From contig CBFDEM010000063.1 in assembly GCA_965603825.1 (NCBI GenBank), positions 124,001-188,000 of the forward strand: 64,000 bases of DNA, given 5' to 3'. Shown here piece by piece: positions 23,534-35,003 of this stretch. Origin of the DNA: Blepharisma stoltei ATCC 30299 (taxonomy: Eukaryota > Protista > Ciliophora). Under the pieces are notes generated by a model. The model saw only the letters and a program-made list of their open reading frames with translations. It had not been told where the DNA came from and made no database searches. Numbering within the stretch: the first letter of the stretch is position 1; every line of letters starts with the position of its first letter. Both the position numbers and the translations under genes were made by a program.

Positions 23534-24937
23534 TTATAGCCTAAAGTCAGCGATGTAGTCAGCAAATTGTTCTTTGGCAGTTTGCTCCAGATATTGCTCA
23601 ATAAAAGAGTGAGTGATAAGCTGGTCTGCAGAAGGCCGCTGGCTAGGCTCTTTGGTTAAGCATAAGCTTACAAAGGCTCGGAATTCTAAACTCCATCTCA
23701 GCTTGTTTTGTAAGGTAGGTGGAGGGTTTGAGACGATATTGTAAAGAATTTTCATAGGGTTTTCAGTTGAATATGGAGGGCGGCCTTCTGCGAGCTCTAT
23801 AAGAAGGATCCCAAAAGCCCAAATATCAACTTTTTCATCATAGTTTCCACCTGTGATAAGCTCAGGCGCCATCCATGAAGGGTTGCCTGTAATGTTTCCT
23901 TTTCTTGTCACTTCTTGCACTAATTGTGCGGCAAAGCCAAAGTCGCCTAGTTTTACGTCTCCATTCCTACTGATCATTATATTGCTGCTTTTTACGTCTC
24001 GATGAATTCTTCCTTCTTTGTGTAAAAATGAGAGACCAATTAACAATTCTTTTATTATGTAGGCCATATGCTTTTCTGGGATAAAGCCAGCTCTGTCGCT
24101 AGCAAGCTCAGCAATGGTAAAGTCAAGCATTTCGTGAGCAATCCAGATTTGGTTGTCATGATAAAAGGAGTCATAGTACTCTAGCATGTTTTTGTGAGAA
24201 GAATGCTGGTTTAGCACAATTTCGTCTTGAATTTGTGTCAATTGAGCTAGGTTTTCTGGCCTGATTTTCTTTAAAATTGTATTTTTGCCAGTTGAAAAGC
24301 TTCTGGCTGCATATACTGTGGCTGTCGCAGCACTACTAACTTGTCGAATAATTGCATAATATATTTGTGGGTCATTATCTAGCACCACTATAGTTTTCCT
24401 TAAAGACTCATCGATTTTCCCTTTACTTGGCAGCGGCTTAAGCCCTGTAATTGCTACAGTCACAGCTTCTTTGACTTTATCTTTATTTTCTAATTCTTTG
24501 CTAGAAAATCCTGCATTTCTCGCAATGTATTTTACCTCAGTAGTTTGCCGAGGGACCCTTCTATAATTTTTAGGGGTTTCAATATCCAATACAGACCTAG
24601 ACATGGCTTCTTGATCAGCCAGCTTTGTCATCCTTCTATTTCCTTTACGATCTTGTGGCTCAACAGATTGTGCTCTTTTTTCTTCAGCCTGTGGAGATTG
24701 CTCTATCTTGACATCTGTTATTTTTGTAGGAGACATATGGGAATGGCATTGAAGACAGTATCTTTTATATTTTTTGGAGCCTTCTGTTTTCACTTTTAAG
24801 CTGCAGTTTCGGCAGAAACGATGGCCTAGATAGATTTTACCACACTGCTCACATTTTCTGACTTTACTTGTGAGGGAGAATTTTTTGTTGCAGGAATAGC
24901 ATTTGGCGTGATTGAAGACCCTTTCGAAGATATTCAT
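23534..24937 (-). CDS. STE20/PAK-like kinase with N-terminal FYVE-like zinc finger
   Basis: CYSC..KFSL...RKCEQCG...C..C zinc finger; IHRDVKSSN, DFGFAAQL, GNPSWMAPE. Confidence 0.88.
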   Translation of the reverse strand: MNIFERVFNHAKCYSCNKKFSLTSKVRKCEQCGKIYLGHRFCRNCSLKVKTEGSKKYKRYCLQCHSHMSPTKITDVKIEQSPQAEEKRAQSVEPQDRKGNRRMTKLADQEAMSRSVLDIETPKNYRRVPRQTTEVKYIARNAGFSSKELENKDKVKEAVTVAITGLKPLPSKGKIDESLRKTIVVLDNDPQIYYAIIRQVSSAATATVYAARSFSTGKNTILKKIRPENLAQLTQIQDEIVLNQHSSHKNMLEYYDSFYHDNQIWIAHEMLDFTIAELASDRAGFIPEKHMAYIIKELLIGLSFLHKEGRIHRDVKSSNIMISRNGDVKLGDFGFAAQLVQEVTRKGNITGNPSWMAPELITGGNYDEKVDIWAFGILLIELAEGRPPYSTENPMKILYNIVSNPPPTLQNKLRWSLEFRAFVSLCLTKEPSQRPSADQLITHSFIEQYLEQTAKEQFADYIADFRL

Positions 24938-25235
24938 TATTAAAATAAAATTTTGATAATAGAATTTTCTTCTCCTTATTCCATTTTTGGATAGTAATAA
25001 TCTATGTTTAAGTTGAGCTTTTTATCTGTCTAAGCAGAGGAAATAAGGCTATAGATTTTGCTTCTATTTATATAGACCTAATTGAATAGCTTATGCATTT
25101 TTAAATGATAATGACTTATTTTCTATAAGAAAAGCTTAAGGCCTATGATTTTTATATTTACTCCTATAAAAATAATCAATTAAATAAAAATTATTATCAT
25201 TGTGAAAAGCAGTTTTTTCTGTTTCTTTTTAATAA

Positions 25236-26714
25236 ATGTCAAAACAGGGATCAACGTAATTTCCACATAGACTAATAATCAAATCACATACTTGGTTACG
25301 TGATTCTTACTCCTTATTTAATTACGAAGACAACGCCATTACCAAAGACACACTCAAAACAAGCCACGACTGCTATATTTTTCGGTCAGGGGAAGATGTC
25401 CTAATTTCAGACGGCACTTCAGACCTTGGGCCAAATTCAAAATATCTTGCGAAAATCCAAAAAATCGATGGTAAGTATCATTTAGGTCTTTTTATAATTA
25501 CAGTATCAGATTCAATTGGTGGAGAATCTCTAAGTCCTAATGGATACGAAAAAATTTGGCTTGTCATAAAAAGTCTACAACCGATCAACAAAATCAAAGG
25601 CTACAGGCTTTGTGAAGGAGACATCATTAGGCTTGGAAGGGTAAAATACCGTGTAAAAGAGCTCACAGGAGGGACAGGTAATGAAAAATTATCTCAATTT
25701 AGCCTAAATGACGTCCTTGCAGGGCTAAATAACGAAGATTCCAGCGAAGAAGCCCAAGGGATTACTTATAAACTCCCGTGCAGGGTTTGTTTAAGCGAAG
25801 TTTATACACAGTCTAACCCTTTGATATCTCCTTGTAACTGTGATGGGACTATGAAATATATCCACGTTAAGTGCTTACAGCATTGCTTAAGGTCTAAATT
25901 AGTGACCAAGTCAAATGACCGTATCATTTCATTATCATGAAAAAAATTATGCTGCGAACTGTGTATGAAACCTTATCCTTATAAATTAGCTGTGGGGCAG
26001 CAGCTTGTGGAATTAATTGATATTCCAAAGCCGCCAAATCAGTATATTATATTGGAATCTTTAAGAAAAGACCAGAATTCGGGGAAAGGGCTTCATGTTA
26101 TAAGTTTATACAACAATAATTCAATTAAAATAGGCAGATCTCATGAATCAGATCTCAGGATAACTGACATTTCAGCATCAAGGCTCCACGCAACTATAAA
26201 GTACCAAAACGGAGGATTTTATCTAGAAGACCAAAACAGCAAGTTTGGGACCTTAGTTCAAATTAAAAGGCCAGTTTTATTAGAGCCTAACAACTTATTG
26301 TCTGTTCAATGCGGCAGGACGATGCTCACCTTTACCACAAAAAGGCCATGAAATTTAATTCCTTCATGTTTCTGCTCAAGTGAAGATTCTTCATATGATG
26401 TATTCAAATACCCAATGACCCCTGGCAGATTACCTATATTACCTATAAATACAGGGATTCCAGTAAGCATAAATGACGCGCAGCATTTATTAGCGATTTC
26501 AGGAATGGGACCAATAAGGATTGAAAAATATAAGGAACACAATAATTTATTATACCAGCATTATCAATTAGGACTGAATAGCTCATGTGAAGATGAAGGT
26601 AATGAAGAATCAATTGAAGAGGTAAAGATCGCAGAACTGCCTGATGATTTATTAGATGAGCCAATGGATCAGTCGTCATATGCAGAAGACAAAATGAATA
26701 AATCGTTTTCATAG
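25236..26714 (+). CDS. FHA + RING-variant (RINGv) + FHA protein
   Basis: ATG 25236 with 15-nt introns at 25256-25270 and probably 25471-25485. RINGv CRVC...PCNCDGTMKYIHVKCL...CELC; FHA IGRSHESDLRITDISASRLHA...SKFGT; TGA=Trp at 25938 and 26349; ends TAG. Confidence 0.85.
25256..25270 (+). other. 15-nt spliceosomal intron
   Basis: GTAATTTCCACATAG, A at position 10; removing it deletes an in-frame TAA and joins the ATG to the rest of the gene. Confidence 0.85.
25471..25485 (+). other. Probable 15-nt intron (in frame, no stop)
   Basis: GTAAGTATCATTTAG, A at position 10; retention would only add 5 aa. Confidence 0.6.
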
Positions 26715-26776
26715 TATACATATATAAATTAACATCATTTTATATTAAATTTATATTATTAATATGCAATTAGAAA

Positions 26777-27409
26777 TTAGAAATTATCTTGGTTATAGCA
26801 ATTGATACTGCAGTACTCAAATACTTGCCCGTCCATATAATACCTGTCATTTGTACAGCCGAGACGTTTGCATTTTAAACTAATTGAATTTGGGCTTGTC
26901 ATTTTTATAGGAGTAGAAGGAGCTGTAGTGCTTGGAGTTCTGAATGGGTTGATTTTTTGTGTATGCTCAGTAGAGTATGGAGATCTATAGCCTTGCCAAG
27001 AAAGGTAGTGGATGTTTTCAGAGCTGCCTGGAGTTTCCTCATATTTTAGGACCCGAGAAGAAGGCCCAGGCGTAAAAGAGTGGAAAAATGGCTCTGAAAT
27101 TGGGCTTTGAAATTTTGATCGTGGAGGTGTATTTGTGGGCTCAGAAATACTTAGTGAAGCAAAATTGTTTAGGCCTTGAAAACTGTAAGGAAGCAGCTCA
27201 ATTATTGCGTTATTTTTTGGCATATCTTTGATCTTTGCTAGTGAAAGCTCAGTTGATTTCCCACAACGATTGCATTCAAAGAAAGGGAAAGGGTTGGAAA
27301 CAATGCATGCCATACAAAAAGAATCCCCACAAGGCAAAACTAACGGCAAATGATTTTCTGTGTCAAATCTTAAGGTGCATTTTGGGCAGGCTAGAGGGTT
27401 CGGGTTCAT
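26777..27409 (-). CDS. RING-type zinc finger protein (210 aa)
   Basis: CPKC...LPCGDSFCMAC...CNRC, followed by a Ser/Pro-rich region and a C-terminal Cys cluster. Confidence 0.8.
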   Translation of the reverse strand: MNPNPLACPKCTLRFDTENHLPLVLPCGDSFCMACIVSNPFPFFECNRCGKSTELSLAKIKDMPKNNAIIELLPYSFQGLNNFASLSISEPTNTPPRSKFQSPISEPFFHSFTPGPSSRVLKYEETPGSSENIHYLSWQGYRSPYSTEHTQKINPFRTPSTTAPSTPIKMTSPNSISLKCKRLGCTNDRYYMDGQVFEYCSINCYNQDNF

Positions 27410-27476
27410 TTTTAATTTATATTTTAAGATATAGGAGGGATTCTAGAGGTGTCTAAAGAGGATGCTAAAAATATTT

Positions 27477-29558
27477 TTAAACTCTATTGGTTGTGCCATC
27501 AGCTTTCCACAGCCTCAGGGCATCAATAGAAGCCATTAAACATGGGAAAGTGCTTGCATTTAACTCAACAGCAATTGAGTGCAGCTGCTTAAATCCGCAT
27601 TCACTGCACATTTCAGCTAAAACCACTTCCATTCACGGAGGCAAATTTCTCATATCAATTTCATATTCAGACTCTCCCAGTTGCTTCAGCACTTCGACCA
27701 TACATACAAGAACTGCTTTTGGATTTCCTGAGCGGACATAAATTTTCATCAGTCTGTGCCAGGCAAACATAGAAAATCCACTGTCAACTGCATATCTATA
27801 AGCTTTTTCAGCCAGTTTTGGCCTTTTAAGTCTTTCTGCGAGAGCTCCTCTTCTGACTCAAATTTCTCCTCCAAAAGGAACTTTAACGTCTAAATAGATT
27901 TTACTTTTATTGAGGTCTTGCTTTAGATCAATCTCGGTAGCTTGTTTTTGTCAGTCGTAAATGGCTTTTAAATCATTTACAAGGCATTTAAAAAGATCGT
28001 CTAAATTTCGTGCTATACATCTAAATGAAGGGTGCATTAAGTGGCTTAGTCTATGATCTGTTGGTGTTGAGAAAAAATAGTCCCTGGGTGTAACGTCAGG
28101 TCTTGGCTCATTTGATTCGTCAATATCTTGTCCTTGTGAATCTATTGCAATGGAGTCAGAGCCATAGAAAGAAAAACGTTTCTTTGCTATAGACTGATTC
28201 TGACTGTCATTTAGACCATAATCCTGGCTTATATTAAGCTTTGACTCTTCATCCTCATTTTTTTCTTGGTTTTGGATAAACAAATTATTTTTCAATTTCT
28301 GCAAATTTTCTCACTCCATTTCTTTTTCCATACTTGCTATAATCGAAAACATTCTTCTTCCACAGTGGCTTAATTTATTAGACGGTAAAGCCAGTAATTT
28401 TTTTAAAGTGTCTTGGTCTTTTTTCGACTTGGCTCTCTCCTGAAATGGCCTAAAATCATGAATTTCCGGTTTAACTCAAATATTCCCCACACAGCTCATA
28501 GGGATTTTTGGCGGAATAATTACGTCTTCTTCTCTAAAATCATACTTTGTATCATCATTAAGAGACTCATAAGCTGGAAAACAGTTTAAAGTTAATAACA
28601 CAGAAGCATATTTCTTTTCTTTTAAGTAGCATCAAGTTAGCAATTCTCAGAAACAAAAAGTTTCTAAATTCAATTCAATTAAATATTGGCAAATTCTTCT
28701 GGCTTGGGGATAGTCTTTTAAATGATAATATGCCAATGCTTGGGTATAATATAAAGAAAAAGAATAAGGAGAAACTGATAACTGAGAGGTTGTAGAGTCT
28801 ATAACTTCTTGGTATTTGCCAGTCATTATATAAGCTTTTCCAAGGTAATTCAGCATTAGTGGGTCAGTTGCTGACAGTTTTTTGAAAATTGCTGCATGGG
28901 TTTGGAACCTTTTGCGACGGAGTAAAAATTTGCTGCTAATTGAGAATAATAAATTTTCACCATAACGAATTTTGTCGTTTAAATCTCCAAGCACAAAACC
29001 AAGCCTGTCTCAAAAAGTCATGGCAGATTCAATAAACGATTGAAACTGCAAAGGCTGAGATGGGCCGTCTAGTAATCTTGCGCCTATAACTGGCTCTGCA
29101 TAAAAATAGCGCAAAACAGAACTTACGTGAACACCTTGTCAATGGACGTTTCCGGCTTGAATTCTGTTATTATTAGAATTTACTAAATAATACTTTAATT
29201 CGAAATTCTGATTAATTTCTACTCTCAGATCAAATTTCGAAAACAAATCAAAAGCACAGAAATAAGCAACAAGAACTTTTCCTTTATTTTTCAGCTTAGA
29301 AGACATATAGCTTTTTAAATAATCCACAATGTTGGTAGTCGAGCTCATATTGAGGCCATATACGAAGTGAAATAATCCTCTATTAATTGGTTTTGATAAA
29401 AATTTTCTAATTCCAGTTTGCTTTATTTCTCATACAACATATAATAAATCTGGAGGTCCTAGCCCTCGGATTTGTTTTAAATTTACAGTTCTCAGGTCTA
29501 AAAAGCTGCCAATGCCTGGTGAGTCATGAATTTCAATGATATCTGAGCTTAGCTCCAT
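27477..29558 (-). CDS. ChAPs (Bch1/Bud7/Chs6-like, exomer cargo adaptor) family TPR protein (693 aa)
   Basis: ATG 29558; LGPPDL, FHFVYG, FCAFDLFSKFDLRVE motifs and TPR helices. About ten in-frame TGA read as Trp; single frame ending TAA at 27477. Confidence 0.78.
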
Positions 29559-29862
29559 TTCACTTAATTATTCATATTTTGGCATTTATACTTATTTGCT
29601 GAAGATAAATTTAATATAATTCAAGAATAATTTATTTTTCCTTAGAATCTTCACTTAAAGGTATGAAAATAAATAATAACTATCTAAAGAAATCTATTAA
29701 CATTTTTTAGCTAGAAAATAAAGATTAACATTATAATTTTTCTATAATGCCTTTAAGCTTCTCACATATGTTAGTTCTTTTGCTTTTCCAAATTATTTCC
29801 CAATAAAAATTCAAAATTTAATTTAACGCTGAATGTCAGTTTAAATTTAAGCCATATATAAT

Positions 29863-31326
29863 ATGGGTTGCATTCAAGCACCAGCGCCTCAAGTAGATAT
29901 GAATCTTCAGCCTGAAATCCAAGACACTAACCGTCCTCAAAGTGACAAACTCTTCGAGTGCTCCACGTCTGGGTATATCTCAGAGTTTTACTCTATCCAA
30001 GAGAGAATTGAGTCTTGCTCCTTCAGTACCGTTGTAAGAGCTGTTGACCAAGAAGGTTATGAAAAAGCAATAAGAATCATCAACAAATCAGTAATTGACC
30101 ATAACAGTATCAGCAAATTTAACGACGCTTTAAAGGCTCTACAGGATCTTGATCATATGAACATGGTCAAAGTTTTTGCAGTAATTGAAGACGAATTTAC
30201 TGTCAATATCGTCACTGAACACTGCACTGGAAAAGACCTTTTTAGCAAGATCGCTGATTGTAATCCGTTCTCTGAAAACCAAGCAGCTGTAATTATGTAC
30301 CAAATTTTGTCAGCATTAATTTCGACCCATGAGGCTGGCATTATTCATTGGGGCCTCCACCCTGAAAACTTGGTCTTTTTAGATGAATCTGATGAAGCAC
30401 CACTAAAAATTACTGAATTTGGAATATATCAATGGATAAAATCAATACCATCGATAACTGAAAATATTGATGTGTCTTTCTATACAGCACCAGAAGTCAT
30501 TGAAGGGAAATTTGACTCTAAATGCGATATCTGGAGCTGTGGAGCAATGCTTTATACTATGCTCAGTGGGGAGCCACCATTTGCAGGAAATAATAAAGAA
30601 GAAATCTTCGCCAGCATTAAAGAAGCCAGCATCAAGCTAAAAGGATCAAGATGGGGTAAAATATCTGAAGAAGCCAAAGATTTAATACGAAAAATGCTTG
30701 TGTTAGACCCAGAGCAAAGAATTGACGCACAATCTGCATTTGATGATCCTTGGATCCAAGAGCGAGCTAATGGCAATATAGACGACAACGAAATCAGCTC
30801 ACGAGTAGTCAGAAAGCTCGTCGAATTCAAGGTATTTTTTATATAGGCTAAAAACAAGCTTCAAGAAGCTACCATGGCATTTATAGCAAGCTACTTACTG
30901 CCATCCCAAGACTTGGCAGACCTTAAAAAAGCTTTTGAATCTTTAGATGTAAATCATGATGGAAAACTTAGCAAAGATGAGCTTAGACGAGGCTTTGAAA
31001 AATTCCCTAATTTGGCTGGAATCCATATAGAAGAAGTCTTCAAAAACTGTGACACAGATTCAAATGGATTCGTAAGTTACCAAGAATTTATTAACTCAAC
31101 CCTTAACTGGCAAAAAGAATTAACACAAGAGAGGCTTGAAGCAGCATTTAAAGCAATTGATAAAGATAACAGTGGGACTTTAACGGCAGATGAAGTCAAA
31201 GCATTTATAGGGCAGGGAGCTGGAGAAAATGAATGGCAAAATATTCTGAAAGAAGCTGATAAGAATGGAGATGGAGTTTTGGATCTTGACGAGTTTAAAG
31301 CAGCTATGATTAGAATAATGTCCTAA
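29863..31326 (+). CDS. Calcium-dependent protein kinase (CDPK)-like protein with four EF-hands, probable pseudokinase
   Basis: MGC N-terminus, kinase fold, 15-nt intron 30832-30846, junction, then EF-hands (DVNHDG, DTDSNG, DKDNSG, DKNGDG). Confidence 0.88.
30832..30846 (+). other. 15-nt spliceosomal intron
   Basis: GTATTTTTTATATAG, A at position 10; contains the in-frame TAG, and removal gives EFK-AKNKLQEATMAF (CDPK junction). Confidence 0.9.
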
Positions 31327-31483
31327 GACTAAATCTAATTTAATTTCAAAAATAAATAAAATTATTTTGGTGCTTAATAGTGAGAAATTGCAGATTGTGC
31401 TGGAAAACAAGGTCCATTGAATTTAAATTTGTTAAATATATATAAGTATTATACACTTTTTGAATTTAATTTAAAATGTCATA

Positions 31484-31554
31484 CTCTCGGTGGTGTATGG
31501 TGCACGCCTGTAAGGGAAATTCAGGAGGTGGAAGTTCGAGTCTTCCTCGAGAGA
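31484..31554 (+). ncRNA. tRNA-like Pol III element with non-canonical anticodon arm
   Basis: Acceptor stem CTCTCGG/TCGAGAG+A, D stem GTGT/GCAC, T arm GGAAG-TTCGAGT-CTTCC, A and B boxes, TTTTT downstream. The anticodon arm CCTG-TAAGGGAAATT-CAGG is not canonical. Confidence 0.7.
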
Positions 31555-32114
31555 CTTTTTATAAGGCATTAGTTGTAAAGCTGCATTAACCTCTCTAGCT
31601 AAAAACTAGGAATAATCTAACTACAAATTCCTAAACTGAAAAAAAAATTCAAATTTTTTCAAAAATGTCATAAGTAATTTATTTAAATAATTAATTAATT
31701 TCGAAAAATTCTAACTATTTTTTATTAGTCTTATATGAATGCTTCAGCACAAGTATGGGTACAGCCTTGCATACTATAAAAATTGTGCATTATTTTCAAG
31801 AATCACAAAATTCTAAATTAGAGTGGCTTATATAAATGATTGTGGTCAAAACATTATATGCATGCTTGATTGGATTAACCATTCTGTATTTTCAAATATA
31901 CAAGATAGCAGAATGTTAAAACCTCTTATTGCATTTTTAAACCTCAATTAATTCTCCAAATACTTATGCATCTTTTAAATTATTGCTACAATAAGTTATT
32001 TATATAAAATTAAAGCATATCTTTAATAAAAATTACCGGTTTAACCAATAAATTTCTATAGCTTTAATTCTTGCTTTGAAGTTTATATTAGCATAATTAA
32101 AAATTAAATACTTT

Positions 32115-32477
32115 CTAATAGTAAGACTTTTTCATCGTCGTTGAATACGAATACATAGGTGATGGAAAAGGCGAGCTCACCCTGCTTTGGCAGCCTAACG
32201 ATAACTTTATTCCAATCACCAATTTCTGTTTACCAGACAGTATATATGCTTCTTGTAGTGACAAATCATGGATAATTGAGTTTATTCCTTCAGGTCCGCT
32301 ATATTCCAAAATGACATCTTGAGGTGTTTTTACTTCAGAAATAAAATTCATTATAACTTTAAAAAGCTCATTGTAATCTCTTGGTCTCCTGTCAAGCGCC
32401 AGTCTTTGGTCTTCATAAACAAGGTCTACAGGCCCACTTAAATGTTCAGGCTGGACACAAGTCATATTGCATCCCAT
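32115..32477 (-). CDS. Small protein with PB1-like segment and MGC acylation motif (120 aa)
   Basis: ATG 32477 (MGCNMTC...); VILEYSGPEG..I..D..LQEAY resembles the PB1 OPCA pattern. Confidence 0.55.
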   Translation of the reverse strand: MGCNMTCVQPEHLSGPVDLVYEDQRLALDRRPRDYNELFKVIMNFISEVKTPQDVILEYSGPEGINSIIHDLSLQEAYILSGKQKLVIGIKLSLGCQSRVSSPFPSPMYSYSTTMKKSYY

Positions 32478-32498
32478 ATTAGAATAATAAAACTTAAA

Positions 32499-33251
32499 AT
32501 GGAAATAAGAGATTCTCCTGATGATCACCTTTCAGACTACTTTTTACCATCCCCAATTTCAAGTCCTCTAATCTCAGTCTTCCTCCCCAGCATTGAATTC
32601 ATGAACCTCCCTTGCAAAAGGCCTAAGCCATCTGAGACTCATGGCTATGACCCGTCAAGATTTGAGTCACAAGTCCCTGAAGACTTCTTGTGTGGCTTCT
32701 GCGAAAAAGTTGTAAGGGAGCCTTCAGAATGCATCAACTGCGGCACTCTTTTTTGTAATTTTTGCGTAAAAGAGAAAAGAGGAGCTTTTCCTTGTTCAGA
32801 TATCTCAAATGATTCGGTACAGTGTCCGAAGTGCAGCAATAAAATTGACTTTCGGAAGCTCAGCAGGGTGCTTTGTACAATGATAAATGAGATGAAAATT
32901 TACTGCAAAAATTCAAAAAGAGGGTGTGACGTGATTTCTACACTTGGGGACATAAAAAATCATGAGGAGACCTGTAAGTTTAAAAACGTAAAATGCGGAA
33001 ACCATAAATACTGCAATAATAAAGGGAAGGCAAGCGATTTTATATTGATTGAGGTGAAGCCTGTTTCGTATTATTCAAATGTGAGAAGAGCTCCTTGGCA
33101 GACTAAAATGTATGCGTGCTGCGAAATGTGCAAAAAAATGATTAAGTTCGAAAAGACTGTGATGAACAAACAGTATGATAAAGCGCTTGCTAGCTATTTT
33201 AAGACACTTAAAAAAATTGAGAAGAAGAACGGTGAAATAGCTGAAGAATAA
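32499..33251 (+). CDS. RING + TRAF/SINA-type zinc finger protein (start uncertain: 32499 or 32601)
   Basis: FLCGFC..VVREPSEC..CGTLFCNFC...CPKC and IYCKNSKRGC......IKNHEETCKF..VKC. Confidence 0.82.
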   Translation: MEIRDSPDDHLSDYFLPSPISSPLISVFLPSIEFMNLPCKRPKPSETHGYDPSRFESQVPEDFLCGFCEKVVREPSECINCGTLFCNFCVKEKRGAFPCSDISNDSVQCPKCSNKIDFRKLSRVLCTMINEMKIYCKNSKRGCDVISTLGDIKNHEETCKFKNVKCGNHKYCNNKGKASDFILIEVKPVSYYSNVRRAPWQTKMYACCEMCKKMIKFEKTVMNKQYDKALASYFKTLKKIEKKNGEIAEE

Positions 33252-33580
33252 ATAATGTTTTAAATTATTAGTCAATATATAGAGTTGGTAGATAGTAGAA
33301 ATTGTATTTTGGGTTGATTTTAGCTTCAAAGTTTAAGTTAATTAGGTAAATAGTTCCGCTATGAGGAGTGAAAACTCTTTAGGATAATTATATGTATCTT
33401 TAAATTCTTTTTTGTTTTTAATATTGAATATTTTATATCTAGCTGAGTTTCTTAAATTTCGAATTTGCTACTTCAAGAATAAAATAATTTGCTGACATAA
33501 TGAAATATAAAATCATAAAATAAATCCAACATTAATAAGCTAGCTTTTATTGATTATGAATAATGAGATAAATAATTTAA

Positions 33581-34315
33581 ATGGAGGAAAAGGCAACATC
33601 CATAATTATTTTTCTCAGCTTTTTGATCCTAGCTTACAACTGAGTACTGAAGCTCAAATTTTGCATATTGAATTGAATTCTCTATGGATCTCTAGTCGGT
33701 CTTTTCTTATTTTGAAGTCTAGGCATATTTCTGAGAAGAATAGACACAAAATTCAATATCCTTGCTAACCATGGCACATATTCTCAAGGACTCTGCAGCT
33801 ATATTTCCTATAATAACAACAAATTTTACCTTATCTGTGGCATTATAGTTGGTAGCTATATTGGGTATAATTTATCAATCATATACTCTGCATATTTAGA
33901 ACTAAAACCATCAATTGCCTTTTCCTACTTGGTTAATTCTACTGGCTCAATAATAATGACTTTAATAATGATTGGATTCGAAAATTCAAAAATTTTAAGA
34001 CGGTTTTTACCATTTTGTTACCCTGAGTCATGCCCATGAACTTATTGTGAATTTTTGAAATCATTATATATTTCTATATCTCTTGGTGAATATGTAGGTC
34101 TTATGGCGATGATTTATTTAGGGTTTTTCGAAGTAATGTATTTATTAGCATATGAAATTGTGATAGGCGTTGAGTGATATTTTATATTAGGAGGAGTTTG
34201 CTTATGCTGCTGCTCTATGACTTGTATTGGATATTATGATGAATTACAGAAAAGGAAAAAAAAGCAGGAAAAAGAAGGCGAAGTTGAGCTTGATGATATA
34301 AGAACAGCTGTTTAA
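33581..34315 (+). CDS. Polytopic membrane protein (244 aa), not in the ORF track
   Basis: Continuous ATG-to-TAA frame with five TGA read as Trp: MEEKATSIIIFLSFLILAYNWVLK...GGVCLCCCSMTCIGYYDELQKRKKKQEKEGEVELDDIRTAV; about 6 hydrophobic segments. Confidence 0.72.
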
Positions 34316-34754
34316 AATTAGGAATGGTAATAAATGTAGCTTTTCTTCAGTTTATCGCAATTTTTAATGATATAATATTAAATCAAATTAAAACTTTTTG
34401 GCAGCATTATAATAGTTTTGAGGTAAATTTATATTCTGAAAAATTTATACATGATATTATATACATATGAAGCTTGGATTATATTGATTGTAGGATATCC
34501 TGATGACATTAATGCTTATATATCTCCGGTTTGTTTATTTCACAAATTCAATTCAAATCTCATCATGAGGTGTAACCGTTTGACGTCTCCCATATCCCAC
34601 ATCTTCACTTCTAAATTTTGACCCTAACCTTCGATATAATTAATTTAAATAGTCCTCACAATGCCATATATTTTATTATCCTCATCCATGCCTCATTTAC
34701 TTTTCATTCCCATCTCTCATATTTATTACTTTAAAGAAACTCAACTACTAAAGA

Positions 34755-35003
34755 ATGGAAAGATCAATGACTGGCTCTCAAGATGTAAATAGCACACTGA
34801 GTTTTAATGGAAACGTGAAACCAATTTTGAAATTGCCGATTCCCACAGAGAAAATCTTCTGCTTTGCTGGGAGTCCTGTACAAATCGACCATAAAAAGTG
34901 CAAAGTCTCATTTCGAAAACCTGTGCAGAATGTAGTGTTGGTGGAACCTATCATTTATGAGCACGAGAAGAAAATCAAGAGTTGCGCATGTGAAATATTT
35001 TAA
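34755..35003 (+). CDS. Small protein with RVxF-type motif and C-terminal CaaX (82 aa)
   Basis: KVSF motif; ends KSCACEIF-stop. Confidence 0.65.
   Translation: MERSMTGSQDVNSTLSFNGNVKPILKLPIPTEKIFCFAGSPVQIDHKKCKVSFRKPVQNVVLVEPIIYEHEKKIKSCACEIF

Noticed and set aside
31502-31513. GCACGCCTGTAA resembling Alu/7SL sequence or a tRNA-Tyr anticodon loop
   Set aside because: Only a 12-nt match with no SRP S-domain. Placing GTA as the anticodon destroys the D arm and leaves no anticodon stem.
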